From: Felis catus
Taxonomy: Eukaryota
DNA: 64,000 bases
Direction of reading: 5' to 3'
Assembly (NCBI RefSeq): GCF_018350175.1
Contig: NC_058368.1
Coordinates: forward strand, 49,044,001-49,108,000
In this document: in pieces, positions 52,687 to 64,000 of the stretch
Layout: every line of letters begins with the position of its first letter
How positions within the stretch are numbered: the stretch's first letter is position 1
Made by a program: the position numbers and the translations under genes
Notes under the pieces: model-generated
What the model was told of the DNA's origin: nothing
The model's input: the letters and a program-made list of their open reading frames with translations, nothing else
The model's database searches: none

Positions 52687-53233
52687 ACAAGGATGTCCAC
52701 TCTCACCACTTTTATTCAACACAGTACTGGAAGTCCTACCCACAACAATCACACAACAAAAAGAAATTAAAGGCATCCAAATTGGTAGGGAAGAAGTAAA
52801 ACTTTCACTATTTGCAGATGACATGATACTGCATATAGAAAACCCTAAAGACTTCAACAAAAAACTATCAGAATTGACACATGAATTCAGTAAGGTCGCA
52901 GGATACAAAATGACTATACAGAAATCAGTTGCATTTTTACACACTAATAATAAAGTAGCCGAGAGGGAAATTAAGAAAACAATCCCATTTGCAATTGCAC
53001 TGAAACTGATAAAATACCTAGAAATAAACTTAATCAAGAGGCTGAAACACCCGTACTCTGAAAACTATAAAACACTGATGAAAGAAATTGAAGAAGACAC
53101 AAATAAATGGAAAGATATTCCATGCTCATGGACTGGAAGAACAAATATTGTTAAAATGTCCAAACTACCCAAAGCAATCTACAATTTAATGCAATCCTTA
53201 TCAAAACACCAATATCATTTTTCACAGAACTAG
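52687..53233 (+). pseudogene. LINE-1 ORF2 reverse-transcriptase fragment
   Basis: [17 protein letters not shown]...[22 protein letters not shown]...FSKVAGYK...KWKDIPCSW. Confidence 0.95.
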
Positions 53234-54000
53234 AATAAATAATCCTAAAATTTTGTATGAAACCATAAAAGACCCCAAAAGGCCAAACAATCTTCAAAAA
53301 GAACAAAACTGAGGTATTAAGATCCTATATTTCAAGATATACTACGAAGTCGTAGTATCAAAGTACTATGTTACTGTTACAAAAATAGACACATAGATCA
53401 ATAGAGAGCCTAGAAATAAACATATGATTATATGGTCAATTAATCTTCTACAAAGGAGGTAAGAATATGCATGGGGGAAAAGTCTGTTCAATACATGGTG
53501 TTGAGAAGACTGGACAGCTGTATGCAAAAGAATGAACCTGGACTACTTTCTTTCACCACATGCAAAAATGTACTCAAAATGGATTAAAGATCTCAATGTG
53601 AGACCCAGAAGAAAGCACCGGCAGTAATTTCTTCATTGTCTTTACCAATATTTCTAAATATGTCTCTTGAGGTGAGAGAAATAAAAGCAAAACTAAACTA
53701 TTGGGACTACATCGAAATAAAAAGTTCTGCACAGCAAAGGAACTAGTCAGTAAACTAAAAAGACAACTTAATGAATGGGAGAAGATATTTGCAAATAACA
53801 TATCCAAAAGGGTTAGTATCCAAAATATACAAAGAACTTATACAACTCAACACCAAAAGAACAAATAATCCAATTAAAAATGGGCAGAAGACATACACAA
53901 ATATTTCTCCAAAGACGACATAGAGATGGCCAACAGTCACATGAAAAGATGCTCAACATCACTCATTATCAGGGAAATGGAAATCAAAACCACAATGAGA

Positions 54001-54200
54001 GGGACACCTGGGCGGCTCAGTTGGTGAAGTGTCTGACTCTTGGTTTCGGCTCAAGTCATGATCTCACGGTTCTTGAGTTCAAGCCTCACGTTGGGCTGTG
54101 CACTGACAGTGTGGACCCTGCTTGGGATTCTCTCTCTATCCCTCTATGCCCCCCCCACCCCCTGCGTTCACTCTCTCTCTAAATAAATAAACATAAAAAA
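54001..54200 (+). mobile_element. Carnivore SINE nested in L1
   Basis: TSD aaa(c/g)cacaatgaga; L1 sequence resumes after it. Confidence 0.95.
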
Positions 54201-54863
54201 AAGCACAATGAGATATTGCCTGATACATGTCAGAATGGGTAAGATCAAAAACAGAAGAAACAACAAGTAAAGGTGAGGAAGGAGGTAGAGAAAAAGGAAC
54301 TCTTTGCACTGTTGGTGAGAATGTAAATTGGTGCAGCCACTATGGAAAATAGTATGAGGTTCCTCAAAAAAATAAAAACAGAACTACCATATGATCCAAT
54401 AATTTCACTACTGGGTATTATCCAAAGAACACAAAAACATTAATTCAAAAAGATACAAGCACCCCTATCCTATTGCAGTGTTATTTATAACAGCCAAATT
54501 ATGGAAGCAGCCCAAGTATCCAATGATAGATGAATGGATAAAGAATAAATAATGCAATATTACTTAGCCATAAAAAAGAATAAAATCATTCCATTTGCAA
54601 AGGATGGATCCAAAGGGCATAATGGATCCCTTATATGGATGGATCCAAAGGGTATAATGTTAAGTGAAACAAGTCAGTCAGTGAAAAACAAATACCATAT
54701 GATTTCACTCACATGTAGAATTTGAGAAACAAAACAAAGAAAAAAAAAAAAAGAAACAAATAAAAAGACCAGACTCGTAACTATAAGAACAAATTGATAG
54801 ATACCAGGGAGAAGGTGGGTGACGGGATGGATAAAACAGGTAAAGGAAATTAAAAGTACACTT

Positions 54864-55080
54864 GGGGCACCTGGGGGGTTCAGTTGGTTAAGTGCCCGAC
54901 TTCAGTTCAGGGCATGATCTCGCAGTTTGTGGGTTCGAGCCCCGGGTCAGGCTCTGTGCTAACAGCTCAGAGACTGGAGCCTGCTTTGGATTCTGTATCT
55001 CCCTCTCTCTCTGCCCCTCCCCTGGTTGTGCTCTGTCTCTCAAAAAAAAAAAAAAAAAAAAAAAAGTAAAAAAAAAAATT
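54864..55080 (+). mobile_element. Carnivore SINE nested in L1 3'UTR
   Basis: TSD agtacactt; long poly-A tail. Confidence 0.95.
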
Positions 55081-57849
55081 TAAAGAGTACACTTGTCATG
55101 ATGAGCACTGAGTAATCTACAGAATTGTTGAGTCATTATATTCTACACCCGAAACTAATATAACACTATGTTACCTATACTGGGATTAAAATTTTTTAAA
55201 AAAGAGAAAAAATTGCTCAAGCATTACTAACCTTCATTCTAGAAGACAGTTATTTCAAAAAAAAAATGTGCTTTATGTTCTTCTCAAATTAGGATATATC
55301 CTACTAAGACTATACTGCTATATGGAGGGTTCTTTTCCTTTATTCAAAGACTTTTTCTACAGAAATACAATAAATAATCTTGATGAGGTTGAAAAAATTT
55401 CCAACCTGTTTAGAAGGAAGAAAAATATATATATTGAGCACCTACATAGTGGCTGCAACTGGCAGACATTTTCATGTACATTTAATCTAATTTATTAATC
55501 TCACCATTTAGTCTATTCTTCTGAAAATTCTGTGGAAAAAGCTACATAGAGGCTACTTACTACAGATAGGGAAATGACAGCTCCACCACGTTTTAACTCT
55601 TTTATGGCCATTGTATAATGTTTACAATTTTTTTTTTTCTGGTTGAAGTGAATGAAAACGGTCTTTGACAGCCAATACTTACAAAACATACTTATATCAT
55701 GGAACGGACAAGAATAATTATGAAATGATAACGTGCATCCTATTTTATATCCCTCTATAGAAAAATACTGCATGCTAGTAACAGACATTCCTCTTGTGCA
55801 AAGAGCTCACTTTAAGGTCATGGCGTGTATGTAAGGAGTTCACCAATCTTCACAACCAGCTCAGATCCTGTACATTATCTTCCACAAGCAAATTCTTACC
55901 AGTGTAAGAGCCACTCGTGCTCAAGACACAGCTTTAGCTGGGCTGGGGTATTCCAGCTCAGAAAGGATTGTGTTTTATTTTTATGAAAGACAGTGAAGTT
56001 GTCACTAATTTTGCTCTTTTGAAATTTTCTTTCATATGCACAATGGAGAAATATACTCAGAAATCAAGAGGGAAGCTTGGTAATTCATTCCATAGTCACA
56101 TAATTTGGTCAAATTATCTACTCAAAAATCAACAACAAAAATGTTTTAAAATCAGGCCTCTGTAATTTTTCGCATTTAAAGTCATTAGTGTGGTTAAAAG
56201 ATTCCCAAGGTAAAGCTTTCCAGGCAAAGAACACATTTTTTTTTCCTTGACTTTCCCCCGAGTCCTTCCTATAGAATTCAAGCTCTCAGTGAACAATTCT
56301 CCTTCTCAAAAATAGACAGTACTCCCAGCCACCCCTTGTCTTCATTTGAGGGCCTCCAAGGGCCTTATTGTTAAAGGCTGTGTAATTTGGTCCTCCATGG
56401 CATTCTCTGCAGGAGATTTAAGAGAAGCACAAAGATCTAGCTTACCATGAATCACCTTACCCTAAAATTCAGCTCAGGAGCCAGATTATTTCCTGCCAGC
56501 TAAGGTGGCCTTCGTCCATCAGTACAATCCAGACTGAGAAGCTACTGAGGGTAAGGGAGATACACTGAAAGGTGGCAAGCAAATACTGGTAACACAATTA
56601 TGGAAAGGTTAAATGAACTTCTGTCTCTTTTTCTTTGCACCCTTAATCCTATAAAAGGTTGCATTAGGACCTGAAAAAGGGCTCCCTTCCAAAACCCAGT
56701 GTCCTAAAGGGGCATTTGTTTCATCCGCATCAACCTGGGCTTGGTGAGAAGGTTGCTTGTGTGACCATCCAAGTTCTATTTAAAAAGCATCTTTAATGGC
56801 CAGAAACTCAGAAATACCCAGAGTAATTGGGGCTGCAAGAAAAAGAATGATGAAAAAAAAATGCCTTCAAAGTTCTCAGCTTCTTCTTGCAGAAGATGAA
56901 TGTAGTTTTAAACTTGCCTCTTTCTTATTTCTTAGCTAGTATGAGCCAGCAAGGGATCTAGAGGTGCTCTGGGGGAAGAAAAGGCATCTATCTGCTTACC
57001 CCCACTTCTCAGGGGATTTAGTTTAAGCTTCAGAAGGCATTTGTTTCTCTCACTTCAAATACCGTCTTCTTCTTTCTTTTAAACCTTTTAAAATAGTGGT
57101 CTTGATTTAGCTTGTTTAAGAAGGTTCTTTTTCCATTTACTTTGCTACCTAAGAGATTGGAAGAGGCAGCCGTTTTGATGAAAATTAGAAGAAAACCTTT
57201 TTCCCAAATAGAAGAAGCCAAGGGGGAAAAAAAATAGGACTTCTTGACATTCCATGTTGTAATTGTTACATGGTAAAACCGGAAGAGGAAACGGCCCTAT
57301 AAATACTTGTAGCTTACTCAAGCCCAGAATACAAAACAAACCTGTACAAAAGAGGCAACAGCAATATTGGGAATGAGGCAACCAGCAAAATTTGCTCTGT
57401 TTATTGGGGTTTAAAGAAAGCAGGATTAGAAGTAGGAGGGGACAGGAGTTTAGGCCTGAAGCAATGTGTTTATATCAGTAACAAAAATCAAAGTTTACCT
57501 TTGCACTGGGATTTGCACCTCACTAAATCCATATAAACCTTCTCTCAGAAGCCCCAGCTCAATGTGTATTTCACATCCACAACTAGACTGATGGATGGCA
57601 GGCCAACAGGCAATATTCTGTGAATTTACTGTCTCTCACCAGGGAGCTAGAAAAAACTTTGTTGTTGTTGTTTTTGTTTTGTTTTGTTTTTTGTTTTCCA
57701 AGAGAAGGGTGATAACTCTTGGGGACCTGGAATGGAGACTTCAAGGCAGTCTGATAAACATTCTTCATGTTTCCTGATCTGGAACCAGAATAGTCCATTT
57801 GCCTTGAAAAGGTGAAACCTTTTACCTATCTTTAGGCAAGTTTACCAGC

Positions 57850-57996
57850 GTACTTGGCACCCACTACTTGTTTTATACGTCTCACGGGTATGGAAGAAAT
57901 AATTGAATCCTCTCAACAATCCTAAGGAATAGTTATAAACTAAAAAGTTTTGTTTTAAAGTTTATTTATTTATTTTGAGTGAGGCAGGGGAGGGAC

Positions 57997-58054
<58 letters not shown>

Positions 58055-58072
58055 AGAGACAGAGACAGAGAC

Positions 58073-58109
<37 letters not shown>

Positions 58110-58345
58110 CCCAAGCAGGCGCCGGGCTGAACCCGATGCAGGTCTCATAAACTATGAAATCATGACCTGAGCCAAAATCAAGAGTCAGACACTTAATCGA
58201 CTGAGCCACCCAGATGCCCCTAGTTATAAATTTTTATAGATTTACAGATGAGCAAATTTAGGGGCAGAGAAGTTAATTAGCCTACCCAGGGGCATCTGAC
58301 TAGAATGGCTAGAATGGCAAGAATAGAAAGCCATCCTGAGTTGGC
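57850..58345 (-). mobile_element. MIR split by a SINE
   Basis: 'aatcctctcaacaatcctaagg' before the SINE and 'tttacagatgagcaaatttaggggcagagaagttaa' after it. Confidence 0.7.
57940..58220 (-). mobile_element. Carnivore SINE with expanded (GA)n
   Basis: Reverse-complement head 'ctgagccacccagatgcccc'; TSD tagttataaa at 57930 and 58221. Confidence 0.95.
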
Positions 58346-59268
58346 TTGATCCAGGCTCTTCTTCCCAAACTCTGAATTTAAAGTTACCCACGAAGTATGA
58401 TTTGAGGGTCTCCAAAAGGTTTTTCTCAGGAATACCCGTATCATGCTTGATTTTTAATACTGTTCTCAGGCTTTACCATCCTCTCGGCAGAGGGGTCCAG
58501 CTGTTTTCTCTTCCTGCTTGTGGTCATCTGAGCATGCTGTGCGTGACCAACTCCAGGGGGCACCATCCACACAGCCCTGTTGATCACACTAAATCCTCCC
58601 TATGTTTTTCTTTTAAATGGCTCCAATTTGTTGTTGTGATTTTGTCTTTCCTATTTCAAATCTGAAGCTACTTTGTCACATGACTTTTGCCTCTTCTTCA
58701 GGGTTATCAGTTTCTATTACTGTAGTTCAACTCCTGGAAGGAACAGTAACATATCTCAGGAGCTTCTGATATAAGAGGGAAAATTCACCAATGGGACAAT
58801 GTGGTAGGGGAAGGAAGGTGTTTTTCAAAGGTAGGATTTTTTTTCTCCTTTGTGACTTTTTCCATGGTTCTTCCACTCTCTAGTGACACTGGAAACTTTC
58901 TTCCATACCTGCTGTAGGCAGAGGCTTGTTTTGAGAATTAAACAATAGACATGTAAAGATTCTGAACCAAAAAAACAAAGAAAAAACATTCCAAACTATC
59001 TTAAACACAGCCTTTGTGTGTGTCTTTCAGAAGCATGGTTCTGATCATGTCTATCTCCCTGCTTATGGACCTTTGAGGATTACCTATTACTTGCAAATAT
59101 GTTTAATTCCTGAGCCTCAAATTTGGTAGCCTGCATCCTCTGGTCCCCTTATTTCTGATTGCTTCCTTTTATTCATCCATTGTTCCAGTCACTCCAAGCT
59201 ATTGAGCATACCTTTTCTTATCCTGAGTTTTTCTACTCTAGTGCCTTTGTTTATGCCCTTGTTTTCTT

Positions 59269-59500
59269 TTTTTTTTTTTAATTTTGTTTTTTTCAACGTT
59301 TATTTATTTTTGGGACAGAGAGAGACAGAGCATGAACGGGGGAGGGGCAGAGAGAGAGAGAGAGAGACACAGAATCGGAAACAGGCTCCAGGCTCTGAGC
59401 CATCAGCCCAGAGCCTGACGTGGGGCTAGAACTCACGGACCGCGAGATTGTGACCTGGCTGAAGTCGGACGCTTAACCAACTGCGCCACCCAGGCGCCCC
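59269..59500 (-). mobile_element. Young felid-type SINE (SINEC_Fc-like)
   Basis: Perfect 17-bp TSD tatgcccttgttttctt (59252-68, 59501-17); diagnostic 'gcgcag...cagccaggtcac...cgcggtccgtgag' on the minus strand. Confidence 0.97.
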
Positions 59501-59517
59501 TATGCCCTTGTTTTCTT

Positions 59518-59710
59518 ACCATCCAAGAGAAGGTTCTGCAATAATGAAAACTATATGCACTATCCAATATGGTCGCGACTAGCCCCATGTGACTATTGAG
59601 TACTTGTATATTGACTAGTGTCACTGAAGAATTCAATTTTAAACTTTTTTAATTAATTTAAATCTAAATTTAACCAGCTACATGTGACTAGTAGTTATAC
59701 TGGACAGCAG
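59518..59710. mobile_element. hAT-Charlie MITE, MER3-like
   Basis: 'ctatccaatatggtcgcgactagccccatgtgactattgagtacttg...tacatgtgactagtagttatactggacagcag', with internal inverted symmetry. Confidence 0.8.
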
Positions 59711-60544
59711 GGGCTTAAATGTTGTTCTTTATCATTTCTCATCCAAATAACACCCACTTATCATTATTTAGTTCATAGCCTTCTTCATCCTCGAAGCCTC
59801 CATTTGTACCCTTACCTGTCATCTTTCCTTTCACCTTCAACCTAACTCCATCTAGGCTTGTGTCTTGTAACTTATGTTTTGGATTTGCTCATCTCTCATC
59901 TTCCCTACTAGTGGATAGGCCCCTTCTAGTAGGGTCCAGTCTTGTTCAGCATTGTGGCTAGAACACTGACTGCTCTATCCAACACACATTTACTGAGAGG
60001 CTATACCTGCCCACCCTGAATGAGAGTCTCTCAGGCACTCAACCAATCAGCCCACCCACCTTCACTGAATGTTTCACTGCCTGCCTGCCAGGCCCTGTGC
60101 TCCACACAGGATCCATGTTAAGTCTGAGAGTTTGGATAACCAACCCAAGAATTACTGAGACAACCTGATCCTCAGCCTAGGAACACATTCTGTTTTTCGT
60201 TTTTCTAATCCTATATTTTTAGCACTTAAAAGAAGCCCCCACTCACTGATCTCATCCTAATAAACATTCCCTAATTTGCTAGGCACAGGGGGTGGAGGGA
60301 TGAATAGAAAACTACCTCGTATGGGCAGAGCTCCCAGCATTTCAGGGAGAGGGAGGGGAGGGGCGACTCCAAATACCACCTGCAGAACAAAGGTGTCTCT
60401 TCCCGTCCCGTCCTTTTGCCTCCCGGGACTAGGAGATCTCTCCTTAGCTCTTTCCTGCAAGTCGCCCTCTCCAGGAGCTTCAGAGTGTAGCCCCACGAAC
60501 CTGGGGAGGAGATGAGCAGCCTGGCTTGTAAATGTCCTGTCAAC

Positions 60545-60970
60545 CTGGCAACCGCGTCTGAAAGCACAGACCCTCCTCAGACGGGGCACAATTGGCAAAT
60601 GTTCAGGCGCTCAGCATTACAATTGACGACACTTCTTTTTGGAACTCTGTAATTCCGTTCCCCGGGGCAGGGGAAATCGGGGGGGGGGGGAGGGGGCGAA
60701 CAATTAGACCCTGGCACAACCCCGAGTGGCTCACCGATGCCTGGCCGCGCGCCCCTGTGGGCTGTCAGAGCCCGCGGCACGCAGGGCTCCTGTCACGGTC
60801 GTCTCCGGCAGGAGCCCCGCCAGCGCCCAGCCCCGCGGGGGGCGGGAGGGAAGGGAGCGGCGCAGAGCCGAGCTGCAGATAAGTCTCGGAACCCGGCGGA
60901 AGCGGAGAGTGCGGGCAGCGGCGGGGGGAGGAGCCGGGCGGCAATGAAGTCAGAGGCTCAGCAGCGACTG
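60545..60970. promoter_or_regulatory. CpG island, likely promoter/first exon of an unidentified gene
   Basis: The only non-repeat GC- and CpG-dense segment. GC box (gggggcgggag, about 60838), ETS-like gcggaag (about 60896), GATA agataag (60878). Minus-strand donor TCG|GTGAGC at 60735/60734. Confidence 0.8.
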
Positions 60971-63149
60971 CAGCTGAATCAATTTGGAGATAAAAATAGT
61001 GCCTGCCGCCCCTGCCTCTGCAGTGATTTCATAAAGGTCTCAGCTGCGTTGGAGAGAAAGCCAGCATGTGTGTCCCTACCTCCTCTCCAAACTGGGGAGA
61101 GGAGCAAAATAGCAACCACAACTGAAACGCTGTTTTCCTTCATCTTCTCCCCCGCTTTCTCTCTGTTTTCCTGTCTCCCATTCTCTCCCTGAGCCCCCAG
61201 AAGTGCCTCCTGGCTCACCTGTTCTTATTGGATAATTAAAGACAGGCACAAAGAGATGAGATCTTCAGAAGCTGAAAGGGATAGGGCTTCCAGATACTCA
61301 TAATGAATCCAGATGGCACTTTCTCCCTGACTTGCACTCCCACCCCCACCCCAGACACCAACGGAGGTGACTGGCCACTCTAAAGAACGAAGCTCTTTAT
61401 CAGACGGGAGGTTAAAACCCTTCAAAAATGGGTCCCACTGAGTCAAACCCACCTGATATTTTCCACAGGTGAACTTTCCTTCCTGAGCACTCAGAAAAAA
61501 AACAAAACCTGGGATTGCCAATTAGTGTGACTGTCCCGGGAGATGCAGATTTAGGGATCAGTTTCTGTGACTGATGTGAGAAACCTCTCTGGAATTAGAT
61601 CTGAAAAGAACGTGGAGTGAATAGAGCTTTGGCACTTTGCAGAGTGATTATCCCTGCAGTGTGGGGAGGTAACCTTTCTGCTGCTACATTCTGACATTTT
61701 CATCGAGGCAAATGCATCATTGGTAATTGCACCTGAGTGTCAAAGCCACTTGATGTGTGTGTTCCAACTAAGGTATGAATGAGGACTTTAGCATTAAGGG
61801 ATGGGAGGCAAAGAAGAAGTGCAGACAAATTATAGGAGAGGAGATAATGGAATTGGCCATGATAAGTAACAGCTTAGATTGATGTTTCCTTCACACTCCT
61901 GCAAAAGGAGTGTGTTCAGGTTAAAGAACACATTACTTGTGAAAGTGCCTAAACTAGTGTCTTGCCCTTAAAAACATTACTTAATAAATGCCATCTTATA
62001 TGCTTTCAAATTGAATATGCTTATATGTCCCTCAAGAGGATATGTAAAACTAGTAATATTTTAATGACGCCAAGAAAATCAATGGTGTCATGTACAGGCA
62101 AAATGTTCAAAGGAGAATCCTCACATCCTCCTGTTTTCATCTGATTCTTTTATGTCAGACAAACTTGAGCCATAGACATTTAACTCAGTAGGTGTTAAAT
62201 ACAGGATCTAGAGTCATACTAAAGACCCAGGACCCAAACTGTGAAGCCAAAGTGAGTATCATGTTGTTGATCTTATACATAACTCTGAAATAATTTCATT
62301 CTGTTAGAAGGAAAAAAAAAAAAGCAGCTCCTGTCAGAGAGAGGAATATAATATTGCCAAACTCTCCAATTTGGCAAATACAGCAAACTATTAGCCGACC
62401 ACACTGGGAATCTGGCTTCCTCATGGGGACCTATTGTTTATAGAAATATCACAGCTGAAAATAAGCAAATATTCCCCGTGAACTACTGTGATATAATTCA
62501 CATGGCTGTTTAAGGATTTTTACAACCATTGAGGGAAAATCTATGGAAAATTTAAAATCATTACAAAGGTCCCTTTTGGTGCTTCTGAAAATTCTGATGC
62601 CCTTTGAATATCCTGATGACTGTTTTCCCACTGACAAACAAAGACATCTGAAGCAAAGCCAGTTTGTGCTGTGTTGGGTCCCTAATACAAATTAGTGAAA
62701 ATAGAACAAGCTTAGGATGAATGAAGTGTACTTGATAAAAATAAATCAAGGTTTGAAATATAACTGAACTTTGCTTATTTTCTTATAAAACCGATTTTAA
62801 AATTTGAAATACTTTTTGAAATTCAGTCAAACAACCTGAATCCTATGACTGTTCAGAATATAGCTGACAATTTTACAGGCCACTTTAGGAGTGCTCTGGG
62901 ACCTCCTGCTTCTGGCTGCATTAGGACAGAGCCAAAGCTACTTGACTTGCAAAGTGTTTGTTTGTTGCTAAGTACAGTAGAAAAGGCTAGGACATGCCAA
63001 AAAATTCGACAAGAGCAGTGAAGTAATGTTATCCTCTTTGTGAGTCTGTCTTCTAAACTTGTAAGAAAAAGATGTAGGCCTGGCCTTTAGGGTCCCCATC
63101 TTTAGCCAAGGCCTTCACCATACCGCCTATATAGTGATACAAATGCCCA

Positions 63150-64000
63150 GCTTTACCTGACAAAGGTCAGAAGTGTAAAGAATCAGGGAAGACAGTTGAG
63201 AACAGAAATACTTCAGACATCTTGTTCTCGCCCTATGGCAAGATGGGGTAAAGTAGACTCTCCATGCCTCTAACACACAGATATGCTGCAAAATATCATA
63301 TCTATCATCTATGTATCTAATCTTGAAAGGAATAATGGAAATCTTCAGACGCCAGAAGAAAGAGGAAACTCAAAGCCTAAGAGGTAAGCCCTACACTTAC
63401 ACTTTGGGGATATCAGGCCCAAATGCCAGGGCTTGAGTTCTTGTTATCCAAGTAGGGTCAAAGGCATAGCAATGGGCATGTGAGAAGAAAGGGGATGGAA
63501 ATCATGCCCCTTCATAAGGCCAAGACTTTTGGAAGGGTTGCCTTCTCCATGAAAGGGATTAGAGAGACCGTCCCACTGGAATAGGAAAGTACCTGGAATG
63601 AGACGTAGAAACAACAAGGCTCAACAGAAGCATCAAAGTCAACTTTTGTATTACCTGCAAACCATCTGGTGTTCCACTTTCAATTTATGAAATTAACAAA
63701 AAAATTCCTGATTGGTACTAATGCCCCTAATATGGTACAAAACAAAACATAGCTCCTTGGGAATGCTATGATAAGGACTTTTCTATGGACCTTCCTTGGA
63801 AAATACATCTGCATGAAATAAGACTCTACCCTGTCAAAGAGTCAGAAGACACAGAAAATACAAGTGAGGAAAAAAATAGAATAAGTATCATAAACCATGA
63901 ATAGATTACTATGAAAAACACAGAATTTAAAAAAATAACTTCAAGAAGTGGAAGTCATTGAAATGAGATCAAGGAATGTGTTAACATATTTTACACAGCT
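63150..64000 (+). mobile_element. Possible old LINE-1 5'/ORF1 region
   Basis: Increasingly A-rich; 'ttcctgattggtactaatgcccc' and 'gtcattgaaat' recall old L1M 5' ends; weak. Confidence 0.35.

Larger units (their letters stand above)
52687..55210 (+). mobile_element. 5'-truncated carnivore-type LINE-1 with two nested SINEs
   Basis: ORF2 RT-to-C-terminal homology, 3'UTR and A-rich tail; frameshifts and stops after 53233. Confidence 0.95.

Noticed and set aside
52619..53233. Longest ORF (204 aa) as a functional gene or novel RT system
   Set aside because: It is a fragment of a 5'-truncated LINE-1 ORF2. The N-terminus is unrelated flank, there is no endonuclease domain, and downstream sequence is frameshifted and interrupted by SINEs.
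60737..61192. 151-aa + strand ORF over the CpG island (including gcggcaATGAAG, MKSEAQQRLQ...)
   Set aside because: Long ORFs are expected in GC-rich DNA. I recognise no homology, and there is no good + strand donor nearby. Not fully excluded without a protein search.
1..64000. CRISPR array, operon or other prokaryotic-type system
   Set aside because: The sequence is mammalian. There are no regularly spaced repeat-spacer units and no gene-dense coding regions; the recurrent 'MAQSVK...' ORFs are dispersed SINE copies.

Overview
Mammalian genomic DNA, almost certainly from a cat-family (felid/feliform carnivore) genome: it carries about 17 tRNA-derived carnivore SINEs (CanSINE/SINEC), including two copies of the young felid-type subfamily, plus carnivore-type LINE-1 3' ends. 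The window is AT-rich, intronic or intergenic, and dominated by interspersed repeats: LINE-1 of several ages, L2, MIR, MaLR (MLT1), ERVL/ERV1 LTRs, a Tigger-type and a MER3-type DNA transposon, and microsatellites. I found no credible host protein-coding exon. The only ORFs with recognisable products are decayed transposon proteins (an L1 ORF2 reverse-transcriptase fragment and a Tigger transposase C-terminus). The main non-repeat landmark is a CpG island at about 60.55-60.97 kb. It probably marks a promoter or non-coding first exon, tentatively on the minus strand, and I could not identify the gene. Two repeat-free, motif-dense blocks (about 3 kb and 34.4-36 kb) look like enhancers. I see no evidence for a novel multi-gene system. 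The best leads are candidate minus-strand recursive splice sites and non-coding exons, a Tigger element retaining a PCNA-box-like motif, and several nested or inverted insertions with readable target-site duplications (TSDs). Repeat family names were assigned by eye from remembered consensus sequences, and boundaries without a TSD are approximate.
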